Assembly: GCA_030765585.1 (NCBI GenBank)
Contig: JAVCCJ010000121.1
Coordinates: forward strand, 71,233 to 111,550
Source: Candidatus Zapsychrus exili
GTDB lineage: Bacteria; Omnitrophota; Gorgyraeia; Zapsychrales; Zapsychraceae
Length of the DNA: 40,318 nt
Direction of reading: 5' to 3'
Shown: positions 21,001 to 33,000 of the stretch, in pieces
How positions within the stretch are numbered: the first letter of the stretch is position 1
Layout: every line of letters starts with the position of its first letter
Made by a program: the position numbers and the translations under genes
Notes under the pieces: model-generated
Told to the model about the DNA's origin: nothing
What the model saw: only the letters and a program-made list of their open reading frames with translations
Database searches by the model: none

Positions 21001-24000
21001 TGCTCCTAAAAGAAAGAAAGCGCAAGAAGAGATAATATCAGCAGAGGCTATGTTTTTATACTTACTTCCTCTTTTGCTTTATTTTAAAGAGTCTAAAAGA
21101 AAAATACATCCTATTTTTATTAAAAGAGGAAGTCTACTTTTGATTGAACCTTGGAAAAGCTTAATAGATAAGTTAAAGGATTTAGGCATAGCTAATTTTG
21201 ATTCTAATTATACTACAGAAAGAATTAGTAGTTATAAAGAAGAAGGGGACTTAGCAAAAACGATTAATACTATTTTAAACCCTAGGGAGATACAAAGACC
21301 AGTATCTGGTTTATTGTGGAAAAAAGTTTTAGAGGCATATAACAATCTTGATGAGAGCGATAGAAATATTATTCTTGGATTTTTAAGAAAGAATAGTGCA
21401 AATGATAATATAGAATTTAAAGATCTGGAAGGCAAAAAGATAGGTCAAATAGTAATGTTAATTTCAGAGGCTGGAATAGATGAAAGATATCAGAACTTCT
21501 TTCTTAAGCGTAAACTGGCTAAAAAGAATTGGAATATAGATGATGAGGATATAGAAAATATAAGGTCTATAGATAGTCAGCTTGCTGAACAAATTGAAAA
21601 TTTACTTCATTACAAAGAATCTCAGCCTGAATTGTTTACAGAGGAGATAAGAGATCTTTTCTTTAGATATGATGGTAATTTATCTCAAGAAATGAGAAAT
21701 AAAACCAAGCATATTGTACGACCAATTTTAAATCTTCTTTTATCGGAAACTAAATTTTATAAGCTTATAAAAGAAAAAGAGGTTATGTTGATCGACGAGG
21801 CTTTAGCGGGAGGAGCAACTGTTATTACTTCTGAGCTTATAATGAATAGTTTTGATGATGGCAATGTATTTCGTTTTGCAGCAATAGATATGTGGGATCC
21901 AGCGTATTCTCCAAGTTCTATAGTAGATATTCTTGTTACTTCTAATTCTATGATAGAAGAAGATGCTCCAGAAAAACTAGAGGTTCTTCGTTATGCGAAG
22001 GTAGAAATTGATGGAGTTGCAAAATATGAAGAAATAACTATATTTAGGGCTATTGAAGAATTAAAGGAAGAATATTTGTCATCAATAGGAGAAGAGGGTA
22101 AGGATATAAGCAATAAAGAGCTGGAGAGTATTGTAAGGCGAAAAGTGGGTTCAGATATGTGGGGAAGCGAATTTAATATGAAACTGGATCGTTTTATAAA
22201 CAAGTATTTTATAGATTATATATCTGATGATTATTCGTTTGATGTAATTAAATCATTAATAAAGAATTATTTAAGACAGCATGATGTTTCTCTTGTAGAT
22301 TTTAAAGAGATTAAAGCTCCATACGGGTGGAAGCATTCTTCTGTTAAGAAGTTTAAAGAGAATAGCGATAAAATATTAGGTACATTAAGACAATTAGATA
22401 AAGAAGGAAATGAAAATATAGAAGAAATGCGAAAGTTAGATAGAGGAGTTTCTGATTTAGATATGCTTAAGACTTTATTTGATTGGCAAAAAGAATCTGA
22501 AACTTATAAAAATAGACAAAAAGAAGGAATTGAGAAAATAGGCGAGAACGTAACTTTCAGGAATTTTATTGTTAAATATATTAATGGTCCAAGCACTGTT
22601 TCTAAAGCAAGCCAAATATATGAGCAAAAACAAGAAGCAGTAAAAGAGTATCCACAATTTTTAGGAACATCTGACAAAATAAAGATGGCTGTTTTTGATT
22701 GGGATGGAACATTGTCTCGTATTAGAGAAGGTTGGGAGCACATTTTAACTGTACTTGTTGCTGTAATGATTGCAGGAAAACATCTTCAAGACTCAGAATG
22801 GACGGATATTATAACATCAATAATAAAAGGAGAGTCAACGCAAGATCATTTTAGATTGCCATTAATTAAGACTTTAGTAGAAAAAGGTCGCATTGATGAA
22901 GAATCTCTTAAGTGGGCTTATGATATGGTTGAGAATAGTAAAGGCTTAACTAATCGAGAACAAGTATACTCTGTATATAGAGAGGCTCAAAACAGAGGAA
23001 TTAACGAAGATAAATTTAATTGGGTCATTGATCATTTCGAGCGCAAGTCTGGACTTTCTCCTCCTAAAGAGGTTTACGATCTTCTTACTCAGTTCTTCCT
23101 TGATAAAGTTTATGAATTAAGAGGCGCAAGGCTCGAGATGATTCGAAACTCAAATATTTCTTTCAAGAAATTCCTTTTCCCAAAAACAGTAGAGTTCTTA
23201 TATAAGTTAAACGAAATAGATGTCCCTTGTTACATACTTACAGGTTCAGATAAATCTGGAGTGGTAGAAGAGGCAAAGGCGCTAGGCTTAAGCGACCTTG
23301 TTGTAGATATTATAGGTTTTGATATAGATGAAAAAGAAACAAAAGGTAAAGACAAGATTATGCAGGTATTAATTGATAGAAGTATAAACGATAAATTTAT
23401 TGAGCACAGTCAAGAAGTTTTAGTTATAGGAGATGGCAAAGTAGAGATAAAAGCAGGTAAAGATATTGGATGTTTAACAATTGCTCTAAAGAATCAAGAG
23501 AATAAAAAAAGTTTTGAGTATATAGAAAAGCTTGAACCTGATTTTATAATCGAATTGTTAAGCACAAAGGAAAGAATTAAACAGGGAGTTAAGAGAGATA
23601 TCTTTAGGGCATTGCAAGAAGGGAAGAAGAAAAGCACAGTTAGAATATTAGAAGATTTGGTTTCTTTATCTTCCGGTGAAGAAATAGCAGAAGATTACAT
23701 AGAAACAGTAAAAATACCAAGTGCTAAAGAGCTTCTTCCTTTGAGATATTTCCCTCCAGTAAGTAATCCAAATATAACGCTAAATGCTGTATACGATATA
23801 TCAGAAGAAAATGGGCATGACGTAGAAGGATATAGAAGGAAGCTTGTTTTATTTAAAGTAGGAGATAAAGAGCATGTAGAAGATTTTGGAGACCTTCTTA
23901 TTGAGTCTATAAAGAAAAATATTTCTGATTTATCTGATTGGTGCATAGCATGTAGAATTGCAACTCCAGAACACGCTACGCAGATGTTAGGAGAATATAT

Positions 24001-27000
24001 AGCTGAGCGATTAAAGCTGGATGTAGTTTATTTAGAACAAAGAGAGTGGCCTGTAGGATATGTTAATATGACTAGAGCTGAACGTTATAAGGCGGCTCAA
24101 GATATAACAGTAATATTATCTCCAGAAAAGATTCAGAATAAGAAAGTTATAGTTATAGACGATGTAGTTGATAGTGGAGGAATATTAAGTGGTCTAGCTA
24201 CTACGTTGATGAAAGCAGAAGCTAAGAAAGTTAGTGCTTTTGTTGTGTTTAGGTCTGCAGAATCTAGCTTTGAAAGAGAAATATATCCGTCATTGTTTAA
24301 AGACCCAGTCTTTTTACGCGATGTTATAATTCGCATGAAAGGTAAAATAGCTTTAGGAGGTATAAAATATTTGATGAGGTTTATTGAAGATGATTTGCAA
24401 GTTTTCTCAGAAACTATTTTAAATTTGCAAGATGACACAAGAAAAGAAATGTTTAAAAGAAGCTTACAATACTTGCAAATTGTTCCGAATAAATATGCTG
24501 CTTATTTAATACATTCTATGCTTTCTCTAATTGCTCAAGAAAAATATGGTCAAGTGTACGAAGATTTATCTTTTGATAATAAAATATTTGTATTATCAGA
24601 AACAAAGAAAATGTTTTCAAGAGGAGACTTGAGCGATGAGGATCATACGCTTTTTGTTTCCAGTCAAGACTGGATATCTCCATCTTTAGCTGTTTTTTAT
24701 GCATATTTGAAAGGGTATAATTTTGTTGTCTTTAAAGACAGAAGAGATTTGTCTGGAGAAGAAAACCTTGTAAAGCACAGAGAGAAGACAGAAGAAGCAC
24801 TTCAAGCGGCAAAGATATTTATGGTTTTTGTTGGAAGTCCTTATTATACAACTCTTTCTAGAAAGATTTACGCTAAAGAAGAAAAAGAAGAAAGAGTTTT
24901 ACCTAAAGAGTATAGAGCAGAATTAAGATTGTTATCAAATAAGCTTAAGAGAATAAGAAATGAACATAGATCAGCGATAAATAAATTAAATACATTAGAA
25001 AAACATTTAATAATGGAATATGCAAGTTTTTATGCCGAGAAAAGCATTAAAATATTTGAAGAGATATGTAATTTAGCAGTAGATGTTCTTGAAAAAGAAG
25101 GAGTTAGCATATCTAGCCAAGATTTTTCAATATCGCTTGTTGGTTCTGTAGCGAGAGAAGAAGCCACAGTTGAGTCTGATATAGAATTTGATTATATAGC
25201 TAAAAATGAAGTAGTCGCAAAGACGATAGAAAAGGCACTAGCTCCTTTATTGGCATATTCTTTAAGAAGAGTAGGTTTTGATATTGGGCCATCTGACGAA
25301 CTTTATAATCGACATATTAGTACAAGATATCAACTTAAAACAAACAAATTGTTTGATGTAAGAATGAGAGAGCAAGATAGGCTTAGCACATTGATACGAT
25401 TTTTAGATTATAGATTAGTTTATGGTTCTGAGTCTGTATATGAGACTTTTCTTATTTTGGTTAGAAAAGAAATAATGGGAGATTATTCAAAGAGCTTAGC
25501 CATGGTAGTTAATGCTACAAATGAATATATTGAAATCGCAAAATTAGGGCATGGAAGATTTTCTGGTCGCAACTTTGTTGTTCTTTATGATTTAGCTCGT
25601 AAGGTATCTTTTGACGTTAAATGGATAGTTAATTTGGTTGAAATAGCCATGAAAGAGATGACTATAAGGAAGCTGCCGATGCTCCTTACAGATAAGTTCT
25701 TCTCAATAGATAAAATGCCTAAGAAAAAAGCTGAATTATTAGAGTTCTTTAATTCGCACGCATTCTTTAATAATGATACTTTAGAACAAGTAGAGAATGT
25801 AGTGAGATCTTATAGGAGACTTCTTCAATATCGTCAAGAAAAAGCAGCGAGAAATGCATTAAATAAGCCAACTAAGTTTTATCCTGAATTTATCGGGGAT
25901 ATTAGCGTTGTCGGAAGTTTTGTTTTAAAGCATATCGCAAGTAGAAGGGCTGTAGAAGTTCCTATAGTGCAGAACGAGACAACTGGAAAAGATATTAAAA
26001 TTTTTACAGATTCTTTTCCAGATGGCGAAACTTACCTTAGAATTTTAAATCCGTTGGATGTAAAACAAGGAAATTTAAGCGTTATTTGTGAGTTAAATTC
26101 ATGTAAAGATTTTGTTAAGATTATGCTTCTGACAGGAGCTTTGCGTTTTTACGGTGCTAAAGAAATACATTTAGTTTTAAGTACAAGCTCGGATATCATT
26201 GGCGACAATGGTCAAGAATATATTTTGCATCACTATAGTAATAGTGTATCTTATGCAGGAGGAGGTCTAGTTAAAATTTTATCAGAGAGTCATAGAGTGA
26301 AGAATAAAGGGCATATTGTGATTGATAGAGTCCTTTATCAGCATGCACGTTTTAAGAATGATGCAGATAAGGCATCTCGAAAACTTTTTGTAGAAAGCGA
26401 AAAGATTGAAATTGTTAAAATAGAAGAAAATCCATTGTGTTGGAATGTCTCTCTTCCTTCGAATATTAAAAATAAAAATGTTGCGTTAATTCATAGCACA
26501 GAAAATGATCAGGACATAGTTGAGCTTTGGTTTATGCTTATAGCTTTACGTGATGCAGAAGTTAAAAGTGTGTCTTTGGTTAGTACATATGAAGGATATT
26601 CTAGGCAAGATAAGATATTTAAACCAGGAGAAAGCAAGAGCTCTGAGATAATATTGAACATAATTAATAAGTTTGTAGATAAACATATAACTTTTAATGT
26701 TCATTATGGAGAAGAATCTGGATGGATTAAATTAGACAGCTTAGATATATACAATGCTAATATGTTTGTTTCTTTAGTTAAGGGTATGATTAATTGGATG
26801 ATAAAGAAATCAGGCAATATAAATCAATTTTTAGAAGAAGTGAAACGACATCCTATATTATTGCTTGGGCCTGATGATGGTTCTTTCCCATATGTTGAGG
26901 AGATTGTTGCTGTTGTTAAAAGTTATCTCAAGCAACAATATGGAGTTGAGATTGATATATATAGTGGTTATTTAGATAAGTTTAGGGAAAGTGGAACTAA

Positions 27001-30000
27001 GGTAGTTATTCCTGGATATATATTAGGAAAAGATGGAGAAAAGATTGTCAAAGTAGGCGGTGTTGATATTAATGAATGTTGGAGTCTTGTGTTAGATGAT
27101 GAAACATCGTACGGTTCTACATTGTTGGTTGCTACATTTGCATTGGTTAGAAAAATGGGATTTTCTTGGCAGCGTATATTATCTGGAATAGTGCATGGTA
27201 AATTGGCTCGTGGATTACAACCTTTTGAGACAGGTTGGGATGAAGATGAAATTGGCGAAGTTAAAGAACCTAAATCTGAATATATTGATGAAGAAAAAGA
27301 ACATATGGCTCCAAGAGCTTTGTTTTCAACAAAATCTGTTAATTTGCCAGAAATATTTCCTGTTCAGCAAGAAATTCGTATTGGAAGCGCAATTGGTAAT
27401 TTATTAAGTAGTTTAGATAAGAGCGACAACGATGCATTGCCTTTTTATTCATTCATTATTCCTGCATTTTTGTTTATTTACATTGTGTTATTGTTCAGGT
27501 ATGTAATTTTATCAAGTTTTATGAGTCCAATTGAAAGAGTTAATGGTAAATGGCTAGATTATAGAATTGAATCACTAAAGAATAAGCTCGCTTGGATACA
27601 GAGATTATTCCATGCTCCACCTAAAACAGCTGCTACAACTGATGTTGCGACTGTCGCAACTCCTATTATTGCCACTATTATTACTTCTAACTCCGCTTCC
27701 AAAGTTGTTCCTGTAGTTGATGAAACCAAAAAAGAAAACGTTAATCAACCTTCTCTTCAAGTTCTTTCAATATGCTATCTTAATGTTTTTAGAAGTCGCA
27801 TATTAAGCATCTATTTTAGACGTTTATGGTATGAACATAATATATTTAATGCAACTGGTAGAAGAATTATATTCTTAGACAGAGGATTTGTTGCTGCTTC
27901 TTCTGATATCATTGAAAAAACTTGCGATCTTATTAGGTCATACTTACAAAGAGAAGAGAGTCCGCTTAAAGATGTATTGTTAGGACATTATTCTAAAGAT
28001 ATTAATAAAGTAGTAAAAATTCGCCCTAGAACAGTAAGCGAAAAGAATATTCTTGAATCTAATATTATACTTGTTGCAAAAGAAAGTCATAAAAGTGAGA
28101 TATTAAAGAAATATGGTCATATTTTAGATAAAAACAAACATATAAGAGTTTATCTTATTTCTGAATTCTTGCCAGAGACGCATTTCTTTTATAAGAAAGA
28201 TGTTCCAGATGTAGGAGAACATCCCGTAGTAGACGAGAAAGACGCAATTGTTGAATGGACACCTTATAAACTTCTTGAGCTTTATCAGCTTCTTGATTTT
28301 GATAATATTTTAAATCAGCTTAGTATAAAATTACCTAATGTGGAAGAGGCATTGTCTTTAAAAATAAAAGATTTCTGCGAAGACAATCAAGAGCTTCTTT
28401 GGAAAATAATGAGAGAAAAGTTGGCAGCAAATTCTTGGAGTATGCAAAAAAGAATAAAGGTAGGAAACATATGCGGGCCGTTCTCTTACATGTTAGCTAA
28501 AGTGTTATGCGCTGTCTTTGACGCTTCGCTTGTTGATATGAAGGATATTACATTTATGCCAGAGGGAGGCTTTGTTAGCGTAGATGGGAAGTATCGTCAG
28601 CATGCGTGGATTAACTTCTGCTATAAAGGAAAGCCACTGTTGATAATTGATCCTACGCGTTTTCAGTATGATGATAAATACAAGGATAAAATTCTTGTAG
28701 ATAATTACGATTTAGAAAAATACGGATATAGGCCTGCAGAAAATTATTTACGAGAACAGCTTGGAATAATAATGGAAGATGAGATTAACTTAGTAAAAAG
28801 CAATTATTTTAATATTGGAGACCAGCGTAAGAAAGGTAAATTAAATCTTAGAGAAGAGCTGCTATATCTTTTTGTATCATTTGAGTTTTTAGCAAATTCT
28901 CCGAACAAGATATTTGGTAGAAGACAAGTTTATTCTTATGGCTTAATCATTGAAGAGATGTTAAAGCAGGTCTCTCTTGAAGGCGACAATAGAGAAAAAG
29001 CCTTGTCTTATTTTGATAATAATTTAGCAGTTGATAATCCAGACTTTAATTGTTTTGTATTACCTGCGTTTTTACCATTATTAATTTCTTTTAATTTTGG
29101 TTTTGTGGAAGTGACAGTTGCTATGATTATTTTTGCATTGTTAATAGATGTTGCTACAGGTGCTATAACAACATTCATAGGACAGTTATTTGCAACACGT
29201 TTTGCTATAAGAAAATGGGATTATAAGTTTGCATTTAAAATGGGAATATGGGGTGCAACAGTCGGGGCGCAAATATATTTATTTTTTAATTTAATAAATT
29301 TAATAATTCCTGCAGAGATTGGACTTACAACTGAATTTATAAGGACTGTTTTATTAGGTGCTTTTGGAGTATTTGTTTTATTTGAATCTAATATTATTTC
29401 GTATTTGATAAGCAAGAAAGAAAACTCAATAAATGAAGAAGTAAATAAAATGATATCTTTAAGTTTGCAAGATAAAGCTAAAGAAATTAGAGAGTTTTTG
29501 CGAAATCCAAAAAATATTGATTGGGTGTTTATTATCGTTCCTTTAGGAGCTTTTAAAGATTTTCTTTCCCAAAGACTTGATAACGAGATTTTTTATATAA
29601 TTTCAGGAATGGTTATATTTATATTCCATCGTTTTATTTATGAGCGTACAAATTCCATAGTTGTTCCTTTTGTTAAAAAGACATTGAATCTAATTAGCCC
29701 TGCTAAAGATAAATCAGGCTTTATTTATGAGGAGCTTTATAAGAATGTGCAGATGGACCTTGTTCAAGTTAATGATAAAGTAGAGGCAGCTAATGTAGCA
29801 GCAGCACGCTTCTTCTATCATTTGCAACAATGGTTTAACGGAGAAGGCAAGAAAGATCTAGATGCTATGTTCACATTGATGCTTGCAACAGGTAATAGCC
29901 CTGAGATGGCTTATAAGAAAATAGCAGATGTACTTAATAGTTGGTACGCTGCCAAAACGCAGAAATGGTTAATAAAGAATGGCATAAACCTTACGGTAAA

Positions 30001-33000
30001 GCCTGATATGAGACGAGTCATAGCATTTCATTTAGATACTGTGATGCCTCAAAAGAGAACAGATTATTTTGCTTTTGTAAATATTATTAATAAATGGTGT
30101 GACAAATTTGGCATTCCAGAGAATCAAAGATATTTATGGTACGGAGACTTAAAAGTAGCAAAAGACGGCGAATTAAAACAAATGAGCGATACAGAATTCA
30201 AAGTGTTGATAGAAGATATAGACAATAGAGATTTGAAGGTAGAAGAGTTTAAAAGAGCCGCTTTAGTTGCAGAAGACTGCCAGTATAATTTCTTTACGGC
30301 AATGAAAATGCAACTTACTTTGTTATCAAGTAAATTGAATAGTTTAGGTGGTTCTAATTTAGTTTTTGGAAGCACAGGCCCATCTTATGAAGGAAAAGGT
30401 CATGTTGCTTTTGTTGAGTCAGGATATGGCGATAGACAGCACGCTTTTATGGGACTAGGAGAATATCATTTTGCAGCTTCTCAAGCGCCTCAAAATGGAG
30501 GATATTCTGACATAATTGGTAAATATGGATATTTAACTTTTGCTATACCAGAATTTGTTCAGAGAAAAGATGCAAATTTAATTTGGATCGTTCTTGATAA
30601 TAAGAAACGTAATACTGTGCTTAATATGGTTGAAGGTAATCATGGAATAGATGTTAATGAATATCCTGCTGTTGGTTTGCAAAAAAGTAATGGCATATTA
30701 ATAGTGGATAATGCATCAGCTTCTGAGTTGCTTCTGAATAAATATCCTTGGGACTTTAAAGTGTTTAAGAATAGAGATTGGGTTTTTAATTTAGGAAAGC
30801 AGTTGTTTATACGTACAAGTAAAAGATTAGGTGTTTTAGTTAAGGATTTGACAGAAGAACAGTTTATTAACGCTGAAGGATCGCATGGACTTATTAGAGA
30901 TATAAGAGAGAAAAATTTAAAGTCGCTTATTAGCTCAATGAGTTGGGATAGATGGAAAGAAGTTGTTATTTCTGGGTTGAACAAAAATATAAAGCTTTCT
31001 AAGCCTGAAGCATTTGCAAGAAAGGTATGGGGGAATAATTTTGTTGATGAAATAATAGTAGCTCGTAAAACAAAAGATGAGTTGCTTGAAGAAGAAACCC
31101 TGCTAACTGGAGACACTGAAGATTTTTATCCTAAATTAATGCAGGCGCAGGAAAGATTAATGAGATTGCAAAAGGTAGTGGTTCTAGCTGATCCACATCT
31201 TGATGATAGTTTCTTGGCTGATCCAGATATGTTTAAACAGCTTATTGAGGCAGAATTTATACGAGTATATTCTATTTGCGCGACAATAGGGTCAGAAGCA
31301 GTAAGCGATAAATTAATTAAAGAGATGCTTGAATATATATTGACTTGGGATCAAGAAAAGATTGATATTGCAAGAAGTTTAAATAGGCAAGGGGCGGCAA
31401 AGACTATATTGTTAATGGCGATTAAGAATTCAGAATCAAAGAGTTTACTCTCTTATAATGTTCGCTCTAAAATGACAGAGGCAGAGTGGGACTTGCGCAC
31501 ACAATTATTCTTTAATTATGTAGCTATAAAAATGTTAAAAGCAGAAGAATTAAAAGCTAAGGAAGAAGTTAGTTTAAGATTCAATTATCTATTAAAAAGT
31601 TTAGAAGATAAACCAAAATGGGGATATAAAGATGTTGCCTTGATAGGTAAAATGAAGGGCATTGTAAGAATTATTGAGAACAAGACAGCTATGCTATCTT
31701 GGGGAATTATGTACAAAGATATTTTTGACCCTCTAGAGCCTAGCTATTATGCTTCAGGTGTAAAGCTTGGTACGGCAAGTTTAAAAGATATAGATAGTAT
31801 AATGACAATAATGAAAATGATAATAGATAAGCATGGCAGGATAGATGTAGTTTTTGGTAATGGAGAAGGATTCCAAGATTATGGAACGCATGCAACGGTT
31901 GAGGCGACTGTTATTGCTGCTTTATTAAATTTTGTTGAAGAAAAAATAATTGATCCAGCTAAATTTAAATATATAACATATGCTGGTGTTTGGGAGAGAA
32001 CAAAAACAGAGGAAGCTAATTTAAGTATTGTTTATACAAAACGAGAGATAGAAGAGTTTAAAGAGAGATTTAGACAGCTTTATGTATCGCAAGCTCCAGC
32101 AGAAATACCTGATGCAGGACATGAACAATTAATACTTTTCTCTGAAGCTGTAGAGAGAAATGGGCTAAAGACTGCAGATGAATTAAAATCTATAATTGAG
32201 CTAGATTCTAAAGTCGTTAATATTTTAGATGAAGGCGGTATAGTTCTTAATTTTAGAATAAGAAACTTATCTGATAAAGATGTTAGAAGAGGTTTACAAG
32301 ATAAGGTTAACGAGCTTAATCATCTTCGCGGCATACTTAAACAAACAAGTTATGTAGCGCTTTATGGCGAGTTGCCAACCAACAATTTTCCTTTACCGAC
32401 GGACAATCTTCATAAAAATTTTGACCCACGAGGTAGCGCTATCTTTGCTGCACAGTTAATGAAGGATAAATCTATTCTTAATTCTCATGTCTGGCCGCTT
32501 ATGATTGTTGGTATGATTGGCAGCATGCCATTGTGGTTGGGTTATGTTGCAGTGGTATCAATATTGGCAGTTATTGTATTACGTTACATTAAAAATCGTT
32601 GGAGCATAGTTAAAACTAAACAAGAAATTATATTAAATGAGTTAGAAAATATAGTGTTTAAAGAAGGCGATGACGTAGCAGAATATTTAAGAGATGAATC
32701 GCGTATAAAAGGGAAGGCAGATAAGGTGTTTGTGCCTCGTGATTATATAGAGATAGAAAAGATTTTAAGAGAAGCAAATAGAAGAAAAGTTCCTGTTACT
32801 ATTTCTGGTGCACGTACTGGCTTGGTTGCGGCAGCTGTTCCAAATGATGGCTGGGTTATTAGTATGGAACGTATAAACGAAATTATAAAGATTAAAAAAA
32901 ATAAAGATGGCAATGCTGGAAGTATTGTTGTGGGAGCAGGCGCTAGATTAGGTGATATAAGAGAAGCGGCAGAAAATGAAGGTTTATTTTTCCCAGTTAA

